A stretch of DNA of 64,000 nt, from positions 23,578 through 87,577 of the forward strand of contig JBGUWV010000075.1 in NCBI GenBank assembly GCA_045221475.1, in the 5' to 3' direction. The notes beneath the pieces were generated by a model. That model worked only from the letters and a program-made list of their open reading frames with translations. It was not told where the DNA came from and ran no database searches. Positions 46,705 through 57,086 of this stretch are shown here, piece after piece; position 1 is the stretch's first letter; every line of letters starts with the position of its first letter. Origin of the DNA: Fibrobacter sp. GTDB taxonomy: Bacteria; Fibrobacterota; Fibrobacteria; Fibrobacterales; Fibrobacteraceae. A program made the translations under genes and the position numbers.

Positions 46705-47376
46705 ATGAAATACACCAAAAGCATTTTGTCTGCTAGCGTAGCATTGTTTGCATTATTGTTCTCGGCTTGTTCTGACAATGGGTCATCTGCAGAAGATGTG
46801 TTTGTTGCCTCCGAAGTCTGCCCAGAAAACATGCGTGGAACTTTTACGGATGCACGAGATGGACAAGTGTACAAGTACACGACTATCGGCAATCAAGTGT
46901 GGATGGCTGAAAATTTGAGATTTGATGACGGCTCTTGGTGTGCGGAAGATACTTGCTCGTCGAAGGGACGGATTTACGGAATGCAGAATGCGCTGGTTGC
47001 ATGCCCAATAGGTTGGCATTTGCCAAATCTCAATGAATGGAATGAACTTTTCAATAGCGTTGGTGGCGTTGACAGTGCCGGGCTTCGCCTTAAGGCAACT
47101 GCCGGATGGATGCCCTTGAACCCTGGGCAGCTTTCTAATGGAACGGACGATTGCGGCTTTACTTTACTGCCGATTCCTGTTTCAGGGATTGCAAGCAATG
47201 GCCTTGGCGGAAAGAAAAATGATGGCTATGTTGCTTTGCTATGGACAAGTAGCCGCGGAACGGATGATGATTATACTATGAATGGCGTTTTTTTTGAAAC
47301 ACAGACCTTGACGGCGCGGACAATGACGTACTACGATACCTGGGATTATTTGTCTATCCGCTGCATAAGGGATTAA
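46705..47376 (+). CDS. FISUMP domain lipoprotein
   Basis: Lipobox FSAC; FTDARDGQVYKYTTIGNQVWMAENL, CPIGWHLP...EW, SIRCIRD. Confidence 0.93.
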   Translation: MKYTKSILSASVALFALLFSACSDNGSSAEDVFVASEVCPENMRGTFTDARDGQVYKYTTIGNQVWMAENLRFDDGSWCAEDTCSSKGRIYGMQNALVACPIGWHLPNLNEWNELFNSVGGVDSAGLRLKATAGWMPLNPGQLSNGTDDCGFTLLPIPVSGIASNGLGGKKNDGYVALLWTSSRGTDDDYTMNGVFFETQTLTARTMTYYDTWDYLSIRCIRD

Positions 47377-47395
47377 ATTTTTGATTGGATTCTAA

Positions 47396-47434
47396 AAAAA
47401 ACAAGGACCGCTCAATAGAGTTGTCCTTGCTTTT
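47396..47434. terminator. Bidirectional terminator
   Basis: aaaacaaggac..ctc-aata-gag..gtccttgctttt between convergent genes. Confidence 0.6.
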
Positions 47435-47455
47435 GTATGTAAATTAAATTTTTAA

Positions 47456-48844
47456 TTAACCCGCTTGGACTGCTGTAAGGGCAATCGTGTAAACGATGTC
47501 TTCAACGAGAGCGCCACGGCTCAAGTCGTTCACCGGCTTGGCCAAGCCCTGGAGCATCGGGCCGATGGCGATGGTGCCATGAGCACTGCGCTGCACGGCC
47601 TTGTAGCCGATGTTACCGGCAGAGAGGCTCGGGAACACGAACACTGTTGCCTTGCCAGCGACGGTGCTGCCCGGGGCCTTCAAGGAACCCACGCTCGGGG
47701 TCGTGGCGGCATCGTACTGGAGCGGGCCATCCACCAGCATTTCGGGGCGGGCTTCCTTCACAATCTTGGTCGCTTCGCGCACGAGGTCTGCATCTGGGCC
47801 TTTGCCACTGTTCATGGTGCTGTAGCTGAGCATGGCGACACGGCTGGGGAGGCCGAAGGCCTTCGCGGTGTCGTCGCACTGCATGGCGATGCCGGCGAGC
47901 TCTTCGGCGGTCGGATTCAGGTTGATGGCGCAGTCACCGTAAATGTAGGTCTTGTCCGGCATGCACATGAAGAACACGGAGCTCACGGACTTCACGCCCG
48001 GAGCGCACTTGATGACCTGGAGCGCGGGGCGCAGCGTGTCGGCGGTGGAGTGGATGGCGCCGGAAACGAGGCCATCGACTTCACCCATCTTCAGCATCAT
48101 GGTGCCGAGCATCACGTTGTCGGCGAGAGCGGCGCGAGCCTGGTCTTCGGTCATGCCCTTGGACTTGCGGAGTTCCACGAGAGTCGGCACATACTTTTCA
48201 GCAAGTTCGGCGCTCGGTTCAATGATTTCAATGTCAGCCGGGAGGGCGACACCCTGTTCCTTGGCCACAGCAAAGATTTCGTCCTTCTTGCCGATGAGTA
48301 CGGGCACGGCAATCTTGCGGTCAATCACGAGCTTTGCGGCCTGCACGGTACGCGGTTCAGAACCTTCGGGGAGCACGATGCGCTTCTTGGCCTTGGAAGC
48401 CTTGAGCAAAAGGCCTGCGCGGAACATGGCCTGGCTGGTCTTGCGTTCGGCCGGGGCTTCAGCCAAATCCTTGGCGAGGCACTTGCAGCAGGCCAGCAGA
48501 CGCTTGGGGCAGAACAAGTCGGCGTCTTCGCCGTCAGAATAAATCTTTGCATCGAGGGCAGTAGCCAGAGAGTCGTTGTACTTCTGGGCCATCACGTCGC
48601 TCATGCCCTGTGCACCTTCCACTACCACGGCATCCACGGAATCAAAGTCCTGCGAAAGGAAGTCGGCGGCAATCTTTTCCATGAGCACGGCGGAATTGTG
48701 GGCCTTGAGTTCCTTCACGGCTTCGGCTCCGTTCACGCAGGGCTTGTAGGTAGCACCGATCAAACCGGCGGCGGCTACAGCGTCCATGACTTCCTTGACT
48801 TTGGCTTCCATATTGGCGGAGGCGACCAGATACACTCGATTCAT
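47456..48844 (-). CDS. pta: Phosphate acetyltransferase
   Basis: [49 protein letters not shown]. Confidence 0.95.
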   Translation of the reverse strand: MNRVYLVASANMEAKVKEVMDAVAAAGLIGATYKPCVNGAEAVKELKAHNSAVLMEKIAADFLSQDFDSVDAVVVEGAQGMSDVMAQKYNDSLATALDAKIYSDGEDADLFCPKRLLACCKCLAKDLAEAPAERKTSQAMFRAGLLLKASKAKKRIVLPEGSEPRTVQAAKLVIDRKIAVPVLIGKKDEIFAVAKEQGVALPADIEIIEPSAELAEKYVPTLVELRKSKGMTEDQARAALADNVMLGTMMLKMGEVDGLVSGAIHSTADTLRPALQVIKCAPGVKSVSSVFFMCMPDKTYIYGDCAINLNPTAEELAGIAMQCDDTAKAFGLPSRVAMLSYSTMNSGKGPDADLVREATKIVKEARPEMLVDGPLQYDAATTPSVGSLKAPGSTVAGKATVFVFPSLSAGNIGYKAVQRSAHGTIAIGPMLQGLAKPVNDLSRGALVEDIVYTIALTAVQAG

Positions 48845-49072
48845 AAAAAACTCCTGTTGATTTTAAATTTCGCTTTAAAAATTAGGATTTTGATATCCAA
48901 AAGGCCCCCTTTTGGCGACATAAAAAGGGGGAAAAAAGACTATTTTGCCTTGAATCCATCAAAAACTTACAAAATACGCACACCGTAAAGTAATATTTGC
49001 AGATGAAATCCGTAAAATAACCTATTTTTTACATCGGTTGTCTTGTGTGTGGGACTTTCATGGAGAGAGCGG

Positions 49073-52000
49073 ATGAAGTGCAAAAACTTTTTCCGGGGTT
49101 TGGTATTATTCCTTACCCTTTTAGTAGTGAACACCTTTGCGCAGGACTATGTTGCCATAGCCCATGTGATTTATGACGGCAACAACCTTTATTACGCCGA
49201 CAACGAATCCAATTTGAAATATAAGCACCTGACCAAAGGTGACGATGGTACATTTACCATCTATTTCGTAGCAGAACGTCTCAAGGCCTCGGCAATTGAT
49301 AAACGTCAATTGCATTTTGGTTCTTTTTGTGGCGAAGAAAAGGACTCCTGTCTGACTTACCTGAACCAAGGTAATGAACCGTTCCTTTCGCAGCTTTTCC
49401 CGGAATACCAAGAAGGAAAAGAAGATCAGCCTGTCTACGAAATCTGGATACAAATCAATCCCGATGGAACGGTGACTACCACCACCGAAAAACCGAACAT
49501 TGTGGAGCCCGCCAAAAAGACCATCCGCTTCCTTGCCCCCTGGAGCAACACCGGTGTGGTCATCATGCTTAACGACAAGGCCGACAATATGACCCCCGTA
49601 GGCGGGAACTATTGCGGTTGGTTCGAATACCGCGCCGTACTGACTCCCAAAGACGTTTACGCCTACTTCAAGCAAACCATCGGCGGTCATTACATTGGTA
49701 AAGACGGTCTCTATAAAGATGAAATACCCCTAGATCAAGAAATTGTTCTGGACTCCATTCTCTCTATTTCTGATACAGTCTGGATTCTGGCCACCATGTA
49801 TAGCGAACCCGAGCTTTCCGCGGAATTCCCTGGGGAACTGGGCGATTGCCCCATTAAAAAGCTCCCGGTCATGATGTTTGACTGGTTGCACGGGACCGGT
49901 AGCGACGAAGAAAACATTAAAGCTCAAGCCGGCACCACCAGCCAGGACTTCGGTACAGGCGGATGCAAGGGAAGCAACGCCCAGGCCGACAATAGGATCG
50001 GCTACATGAAAGGCATGGTAGAAGAAGAACTGGGCGAGAACGGCGTACCTGTTCCCGCCGCGAACTTCCCCAGCGGCTGTAAGACAACCGAACACTTGGG
50101 CAACTGGTTCCTGCCCGAAGTGGTTGCAACCGATGCTGCCGGAAATTCCTACACCAACGCCACCTGCCGCGACTTGGAATTGACCCTGACGGATGACGGT
50201 TTCTGGCTCGGCCAGAAGAATAAGGACAGCCAGGAAAGAGGCCTGTTCTTCTTGGATGATTTCCAGTATCTGGATTCCGCCAAGACCGTTTTGAACCCGA
50301 TGTTCGACAACATCAATGGCGGAAAAGTTGCCATTACAGACGGCGGCCTAGACAGTATCGAAATGGGCACTCACAACTATGGTTTCACCATGAAGATCCA
50401 GGCCCAGTTCGAATACGTGAAGGGCCAGTATTTCGAATTCCTGGGCGATGACGATGTGTGGGTATTCATCAACAACAAACTGGTCGTAGATATCGGTGGT
50501 CAGCACCATGCCGCTGAAGGCCATGTCGACCTGGATAAGCTGGGACTGACCGAAGGCGAAACTTACCCCTTCCATATTTTCTACGCCGAACGCCACAAAG
50601 TGGAATCGAACTTCAAGATGCGAACCTCCATAGACCTGAAGGCCGAAGGAAGCATGTTCTTGCAAGATATTCCTACAGGCGATCCCAAACTCATCAAGAA
50701 GAATGTCTGGGAGATTGTTCGCAAAAGAGCCCTCGCTTGCGATTTCTCGTCTAGCCCTGAATTGCAGGACACCGTTCCGGGTCCGTCCAACTTCGTGTTG
50801 TTCGGCCGCAGCCTCGACAAGAACGGCGTCGCCCTCAAGACTCTGGACTCCGCCTATTATAGCGGCATTACCGTGACCAATGACTTCACTTCGGTAACCA
50901 TTGATGTCAAGGCCATTACCAAGGCCCAGGCGCTGCCTCCCGGCAACTACTACATTCGCGTCCGCCTCAAGAGCAACCCGGACGAATACAAGGACATCCC
51001 CTTTACCATCGATCCCTACGAATTGCCGAACCTGGCCTTTGCAAGCGTCAAGGATTCCACCTACTTTATCGTAGACTTTGATACACAGGATACGATAAAC
51101 TATACGGAATACTGGGGCGCCTTTGGCGATGAATTGAGCCGTGACATTTCCAGCGATTCCTTGCCCATCAATCTGGACAAGAATGAAACCATGTGGGCCG
51201 GAAGGTCTTACCCCGTATACGTCATGTACGTCGAAGAATGGGCAAGCATCTATAGCGGCATTGCCGTTAAGGTTGCCACCTCTACGCCGAACCTGGTAGC
51301 CTGCGACTCCATGGGGAACCCCATTACCGAAGTCGTCTTGATGGAAGGCCGCGCAAGCTTCTTCATCAAGGCAACCGACGAAGTCATTAACGGAACGCTA
51401 ACCCTTAGCACTGCAGGTGCCAAGAACAAAGAAATCCACTGGGAAAAAATCAATATCAAGGTACCTCCCGTTCCGCAAATTGAAACGGCTTATATCTTTG
51501 ACCACACCGGTGACGGACGCGCCGACAGCATCTGGATCAAGCTGAGCAAGCCCATCGATGCACACAGCGTTATCGATTCGGTCAAGTTCCTTTTTGAAGA
51601 TACCTTCGACAAGAACTATAAAACCAACAAGACTGCCTATAAGGCCGATCGCTATAATGTTGGTGACATTAACATTTCTGTAACCGCAGCGGGTGATGGT
51701 TTTGGCTCCGAAATCTTTACCGGTGGCGCCACGGAACCTTATTCCGGCAACATCGCCATTTGGTACACCTACACTGATTCCACTGGAAAGACATCCATAT
51801 TCCCGGTGGACGGATCCCTCACGGACAAGGTTGGCCCCGTGATTGTTGCCGCCGAAGTCAAGTATCTTAAGGATGGTAACACCCAGCTGACTCTCGACTT
51901 TAGCGAAGGAATTAACGATACAGACGCCAACAGCGAACTGTTCCGATTCCATTGCTGGAAAAACAGTAGGCAGGATTCCATCATCAAGAGTGCAAGCGAC

Positions 52001-53005
52001 TTCTCGACTTCTCCGGCAAATCAGTGGAAAATGATTTTCCCGAAGGCACTGGAATCAGATATCGTTCCTAGCGTAGGCGATTCCGTGCGCTTTACGCCTC
52101 CGTCACAGTTGGGAATGGCCCTCGACCTTGTCGATGTCGGCCCTCATGAAAATAACCCCTGGGTACGCATTACCGGCGAACAGAAGGTAACTGTCACAAG
52201 CCCGAAGGTCGTAAGCCTCTCTACCGAATCAGATGCCTTCGACAGCGCACGCGTCATTATACGAAGCAAGGACGCTACCGTTCCCAAGCTTGTTACAACC
52301 GAAACCTCCATGTCGGCTGATCAAGTGGCTGCCATCTATGGCACCCAAGGTCATTACCTGGGTGACCTGGACATGGCCGAACTTGTGGAAAACGAAATTG
52401 CCGAAATCGTGAAGGCCGTTCAGGATCCCACCAAATCGACCTATAAAGACAAAGACGAAGAAGAGGCCGAAGAAGAAACTGGTGTTCCTGCCAAGTCCTA
52501 TACCCTTGCAGAAATCCTCAAATCCGTGGAGACAGGCGAAATGTCGATCAGTGAAGCCGAGAAAAAATTCGGCTTGAGCGAAGTCATTGTGGACGCCTAT
52601 GAAAACGGACTTTTGACCAGCGAAAACCTGCAATACTACCAGAGAGGTACTCCGGCAGACATCCAAAAGATCGTAAGTGCCGTTGCCGACAGGACCGAAC
52701 TGCGTTACGAATCGATTTACTATTCCAGCCTGGGGCACTATATCAACCGGCATTCGGGAACCATTACCTGTAATGACGACATCTTCAAGGAGGGGGGCAA
52801 GAAAAACTGCCTCGATAGCGATGGCCGCCTCTTCTTGGCATGGAACATGCGTTCCAATAAAGGCCGATTGGCATCCACTGGCGTATACATTGCGCGCCTC
52901 ATATTCCGCGTCAAGGTGAATACCAAGGTCATTATCGACCGCACCCAGGATTTCTTGTGGGGCGTGCGTAGGGGCCAGATAAACGCTATTGATTTAGGCC
53001 TTTAG
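49073..53005 (+). CDS. Fibro-slime domain protein (secreted)
   Basis: HNYGFTM...FEFLGDDDVWVFINNKLVVDIGGQH...YPFHIFYAERH; signal peptide. Confidence 0.92.
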   Translation: MKCKNFFRGLVLFLTLLVVNTFAQDYVAIAHVIYDGNNLYYADNESNLKYKHLTKGDDGTFTIYFVAERLKASAIDKRQLHFGSFCGEEKDSCLTYLNQGNEPFLSQLFPEYQEGKEDQPVYEIWIQINPDGTVTTTTEKPNIVEPAKKTIRFLAPWSNTGVVIMLNDKADNMTPVGGNYCGWFEYRAVLTPKDVYAYFKQTIGGHYIGKDGLYKDEIPLDQEIVLDSILSISDTVWILATMYSEPELSAEFPGELGDCPIKKLPVMMFDWLHGTGSDEENIKAQAGTTSQDFGTGGCKGSNAQADNRIGYMKGMVEEELGENGVPVPAANFPSGCKTTEHLGNWFLPEVVATDAAGNSYTNATCRDLELTLTDDGFWLGQKNKDSQERGLFFLDDFQYLDSAKTVLNPMFDNINGGKVAITDGGLDSIEMGTHNYGFTMKIQAQFEYVKGQYFEFLGDDDVWVFINNKLVVDIGGQHHAAEGHVDLDKLGLTEGETYPFHIFYAERHKVESNFKMRTSIDLKAEGSMFLQDIPTGDPKLIKKNVWEIVRKRALACDFSSSPELQDTVPGPSNFVLFGRSLDKNGVALKTLDSAYYSGITVTNDFTSVTIDVKAITKAQALPPGNYYIRVRLKSNPDEYKDIPFTIDPYELPNLAFASVKDSTYFIVDFDTQDTINYTEYWGAFGDELSRDISSDSLPINLDKNETMWAGRSYPVYVMYVEEWASIYSGIAVKVATSTPNLVACDSMGNPITEVVLMEGRASFFIKATDEVINGTLTLSTAGAKNKEIHWEKINIKVPPVPQIETAYIFDHTGDGRADSIWIKLSKPIDAHSVIDSVKFLFEDTFDKNYKTNKTAYKADRYNVGDINISVTAAGDGFGSEIFTGGATEPYSGNIAIWYTYTDSTGKTSIFPVDGSLTDKVGPVIVAAEVKYLKDGNTQLTLDFSEGINDTDANSELFRFHCWKNSRQDSIIKSASDFSTSPANQWKMIFPKALESDIVPSVGDSVRFTPPSQLGMALDLVDVGPHENNPWVRITGEQKVTVTSPKVVSLSTESDAFDSARVIIRSKDATVPKLVTTETSMSADQVAAIYGTQGHYLGDLDMAELVENEIAEIVKAVQDPTKSTYKDKDEEEAEEETGVPAKSYTLAEILKSVETGEMSISEAEKKFGLSEVIVDAYENGLLTSENLQYYQRGTPADIQKIVSAVADRTELRYESIYYSSLGHYINRHSGTITCNDDIFKEGGKKNCLDSDGRLFLAWNMRSNKGRLASTGVYIARLIFRVKVNTKVIIDRTQDFLWGVRRGQINAIDLGL

Positions 53006-53089
53006 TCCAAATTTTTGGGAAATTTCACCCCATACCTGGGGGAAATTCCCCAAAAAACACGAATTTTACACAATTGTTAACCATAATTA

Positions 53090-53121
53090 ACGGCATTTTC
53101 AAAATGCCGTGTTGTTTTTTT
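53090..53121 (+). terminator. Intrinsic terminator between the fibro-slime paralogues
   Basis: acggcatttt-c-aaaatgccgt followed by gttgttttttt. Confidence 0.65.
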
Positions 53122-53190
53122 GGGAAAAAAAATTTATTTCTAACATGAGACATATAAGTGCTTATATATATGGGCTTTTGCCCCTAGGAG

Positions 53191-56100
53191 ATGTGGATGA
53201 GGTGCGATTTCTTTAAGAGAGCAATCTGGTTGCTCGCTTTCTTTGCGACTGCGGCGATGTCCGCAGTTTATTCTGTCAATATTACAAATGAGACCGATAG
53301 GACTCTTTACTATAGAATAAGAATTCAATCACAGATGCCAGGAGGACGGAGTACGGATGTCGTTACCTGTACCGCAGTTCCCGAAGGAGGCATTTCGTTC
53401 GAAGCGGAAGATGTTACCAACTACCGCATCGACTTCTACACAAGTGATAGATGTTCTTCTACGAACCAGAATCCATCTGCCTACGTTACTTCGGCAAATT
53501 TGTTCAAGGAAACAACGTCCGCAGGCGTTACCATTACCATTGATCGGTACAGAATGACCGCTACTATCGACGGTCAAAACGACGGTCCGGGAAATCCCGG
53601 TGGACCGGGCGGCCCAGGAGACAACCCCGGTGGTCCGGGTGACAATCCCCAAAATCCAGGAAACGTCACAAATGGCCGAAAGTACATTGCCTTCTTTACT
53701 CCTTGGTCCAATACCAACGCCATTTTATTCTTGAACGGCGATTCTATTTCTACGATGTCCGCAATGGATAAATATTGCGGCTGGTTTATCACAAGCAAGG
53801 CTGTCAACGCTCCGAGTGAAGGTTTCACTGTTTACTTCAAGCAGACCATTGGCGGAAATATTGTTGACGCAAATGGACTTACCAAGGTCGAACCGACTTC
53901 TGGTAACGCAATCAGCCTCGATTCCGTAGCTGCCCTTAGCGATACCATTTGGGTCAAGGGCAACCAGGAAGGTGCCCCTGATGTTTACTCCCAGCGCCCT
54001 GCAGGCATTTTGGGCGATTGCCCCTTGAAAAAACTTCCGGTCATGATGTTCGACTGGCTGCACGGTAGCGGTGGTGATGGAGATGGAGAAGGACGTAACG
54101 GAAACCCCGCAAATGGTGTTAGCGCAGACTTCGGTTCTGGTGGCTGTAGCGGTAGCCCCATGCTCGGTATGGTTGCTCCGGAATTGGGCCCCAACGGAGT
54201 CCCTGTAAGTGCAACGCCGTTCCCGACCAATTGTAAGATTACCGACCATTTGGATAGCTGGTTCTTGCCCGAAGTTCTCGCCACAGACGCACAAGGCAAC
54301 CAATACACCAACATGACTTGCCGCGACCTCTACATCTCCATGGACGATGAAGGTTTCTGGCTTGCCGAAATTTCGAAGGACGCCATTTCGAAGGGTAACG
54401 AAGCGAACCGCGGCGGCATGTTCCTTCTGGATGACTTCAAGTATCTCGACGAGGACAGTACAGTCCTGAACCCCTACTATGATCAGTTGCGCGGCGGTAG
54501 CGACAACAGGAACCATAACTTCGGCTTTACCATGAAGATTCAGGCAACGTTCGAATACGTGCCGGGTCAGTATTTCGATTTCTTGGGTGATGACGACGTG
54601 TGGGTGTTCATCAACAACAAGTTGGTGGTGGATATTGGTGGTCAGCATGCCCAGGTACGCGGTGCCGTCAACTTAGACACCTTGGGACTTAAGGAAGGCG
54701 AAACCTATCCGTTCCATATTTTCTATGCCGAACGTCATACCAGTTCTTCGAACTTCCGCATGCATACATCCATCGACCTTAAGACTGAAGCGAACATCTT
54801 GCTCAAGAACGCTTCGGATGACCCGAACGTGATTGGCAGAGAAATCTGGCAGAGAGTTCGTAAGAGTAAACTCGCCTGTGATTTCGGAAACGGGGAAACG
54901 GAGCTTTCTCTTGAACGCGGCGAATCCGTATTCACCCTCTTCGGCGGGAATCTGCCCGACGACGGTGTGGAACTTGATTCCGCAGGTCTCTGGTTCGGCG
55001 GTATTACCGTCAACAGTACTTTCGATGGCTTCGACGTAAACAAGGAAGAAATCAAGAAAAATCACGGGCTTGCTCCGGGAACCTACTTCATCCGCGTAAC
55101 GCTCAAGTCCGACAACTCCCAGCACAAGGACGTTTACTTTGTAGTGGGCGCCTACGATCTTCCGAAACTGGTTTATATCGATGCTGCAGGAACCGTGCTG
55201 GGTGAAAATGTCAACAGCACTCAATACCAGTTGAGTATGTCCAAGGATACCATGTGGGTGGGACAGTCCTACAAGGTCTATGTGCAGTATGCCGATGATT
55301 GGGCTAACCCCAACGAAACGGTTTACCCCTCCACCAACGACGCCAATTTGGTTCCTTGCGATTCCCTTGGTAATCCCATTACCGAAATACAGCTTCAGAA
55401 CTACAAGGGTTCGTTCTACGTGAAGGCCGTAGGCGAAGTATGGGGCGGTATTCTCTATGTGAAGGGCCAGGCTTCTGCCAATACTGCTACTTGGACTGGT
55501 ATCAACTTTGCTTTGCCGCCTGTACCGCAAATCCAGACCGCTTATATCTACGACCGCAATGGCGATGGACGAGGCGACAGTATCTGGATCCAGTTCGACG
55601 GAAAATTGGGCGGGAAAAACTCCCTGGACTCTGCCAAGTTTACCTTCGGCACGATGTTCAATACCGCCTACGAAACTATTTATCGTGAAGGTTCTACCGA
55701 GGCGTCGGTTGTCGCTAAGGACGGCGGTTTTGGAACCTCTATCTTTACGGGTGGTATCGAAAAACCCTATACCGGGCAGATCAGGGTTTGGTACACTTAT
55801 ATCGATAACGGTAACAGGTCCATATTCCCGGCCGAAGGACAGCTCCAGGATAGGATTGGCCCTGTCATTACCGAAGCAGAAGTCTCTTACATGCGCGATG
55901 GTAACACGCAGCTCCTTTTGACTTTCAGCGAAGGTATTCTTGACAACGATAAGGTTTCTGACTTGTTCAGTTTCCACGTATGGAAAAACGGCATCATGAG
56001 CACCGCAGTGAAGTCCGCAAGCGACATTTCTGTTGAAGAACCTAACCAGTGGAAACTGATTTTCCCGAAGGGTTCCGACGAAGACTTCATCCCGGCTGTG

Positions 56101-56988
56101 GGTGACTCGGTTCGCTTTACTCCACCGCCGATTGTTACTATCGCCTACGACCTGTTGAATGTGCCTGCCCACGTGAATAACCCCTGGGTGCGCATCACCG
56201 GCGAACAGAAGGTGAATGTCACGAGCCCCGGAGTCGTAACCTTGGATCCGTCTTCCCCGGCTTTCAGCAACGCAAGGGAAATTATCCGGAGCGAAGATGC
56301 AACCGTTCCGAGAATCATCCAGGATCCCTCGGTCCTTACTGCTGAACAAGCTGCAGCTGTGTATGGAACGCAGGGTCACTTCTTGGGCGACTTGAACATG
56401 GCCGAACTTGTGGAAAACGAGATTACAGAAATTTCGAAAGCACTGCAGGGAACTTACACTGACGCGGACGATTCCACCCGCAAAGTCACGATTGAACAGA
56501 TCTTTGCTGAAATTCAAGCTGGTATGTCCATTGGCGAAGCAGAAGATAAATACGGTCTAGACCCGATTGTGGTTGACGCCTACAAGAATGGAATATTGAC
56601 TCCAGAAAATCTCCGCAAGTTCAAGAGTGGACAGGAATCGGATATCAAGCAAATTGTGCAGGAACTTGCTGAAACCACGCAACTCTACTACAGCGCCACG
56701 TATTACTCTAGCTTGGGTGAGTTCGTCAACAACAATTCCAATACCATTACCTGCAACGACGAAGTGTTCAAGAACAATGGTCAAGGAACCTGTCTCGACA
56801 ACAACGGCAAACTGTTCCTCGCCTGGAACATGCGCGCCAAGAACGGAAGACTGGCTTCTACCGGCGTGTACATCGCAAGACTTGAATACCGCATCAAGGT
56901 AGGAAGCAAGACCATTGTCAACCGCACCCAGGACTTCCTGTGGGGTGTGCGCCGTGGCAAGGCCAACGCTATCGACCTTGGGCTCTAA
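53191..56988 (+). CDS. Fibro-slime domain protein (tandem paralogue with a Gly/Pro linker)
   Basis: HNFGFTM...FDFLGDDDVWVFINNKLVVDIGGQH...FYAERH; colinear with the upstream paralogue to the final NAIDLGL. Confidence 0.92.
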   Translation: MWMRCDFFKRAIWLLAFFATAAMSAVYSVNITNETDRTLYYRIRIQSQMPGGRSTDVVTCTAVPEGGISFEAEDVTNYRIDFYTSDRCSSTNQNPSAYVTSANLFKETTSAGVTITIDRYRMTATIDGQNDGPGNPGGPGGPGDNPGGPGDNPQNPGNVTNGRKYIAFFTPWSNTNAILFLNGDSISTMSAMDKYCGWFITSKAVNAPSEGFTVYFKQTIGGNIVDANGLTKVEPTSGNAISLDSVAALSDTIWVKGNQEGAPDVYSQRPAGILGDCPLKKLPVMMFDWLHGSGGDGDGEGRNGNPANGVSADFGSGGCSGSPMLGMVAPELGPNGVPVSATPFPTNCKITDHLDSWFLPEVLATDAQGNQYTNMTCRDLYISMDDEGFWLAEISKDAISKGNEANRGGMFLLDDFKYLDEDSTVLNPYYDQLRGGSDNRNHNFGFTMKIQATFEYVPGQYFDFLGDDDVWVFINNKLVVDIGGQHAQVRGAVNLDTLGLKEGETYPFHIFYAERHTSSSNFRMHTSIDLKTEANILLKNASDDPNVIGREIWQRVRKSKLACDFGNGETELSLERGESVFTLFGGNLPDDGVELDSAGLWFGGITVNSTFDGFDVNKEEIKKNHGLAPGTYFIRVTLKSDNSQHKDVYFVVGAYDLPKLVYIDAAGTVLGENVNSTQYQLSMSKDTMWVGQSYKVYVQYADDWANPNETVYPSTNDANLVPCDSLGNPITEIQLQNYKGSFYVKAVGEVWGGILYVKGQASANTATWTGINFALPPVPQIQTAYIYDRNGDGRGDSIWIQFDGKLGGKNSLDSAKFTFGTMFNTAYETIYREGSTEASVVAKDGGFGTSIFTGGIEKPYTGQIRVWYTYIDNGNRSIFPAEGQLQDRIGPVITEAEVSYMRDGNTQLLLTFSEGILDNDKVSDLFSFHVWKNGIMSTAVKSASDISVEEPNQWKLIFPKGSDEDFIPAVGDSVRFTPPPIVTIAYDLLNVPAHVNNPWVRITGEQKVNVTSPGVVTLDPSSPAFSNAREIIRSEDATVPRIIQDPSVLTAEQAAAVYGTQGHFLGDLNMAELVENEITEISKALQGTYTDADDSTRKVTIEQIFAEIQAGMSIGEAEDKYGLDPIVVDAYKNGILTPENLRKFKSGQESDIKQIVQELAETTQLYYSATYYSSLGEFVNNNSNTITCNDEVFKNNGQGTCLDNNGKLFLAWNMRAKNGRLASTGVYIARLEYRIKVGSKTIVNRTQDFLWGVRRGKANAIDLGL

Positions 56989-57022
56989 TCCCGAACTCTA
57001 GACCGCTTATTCTCTCTCGGCA

Positions 57023-57063
57023 AAAAGAAGACCGCACCTTGGGTGGTGCGGCCTTCTTGCTTT
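57023..57063. terminator. Bidirectional terminator
   Basis: aagaagaccgcacc-ttgggt-ggtgcggccttctt. Confidence 0.75.
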
Positions 57064-57086
57064 ATATTTTTCGTCAAAGAATTTCG

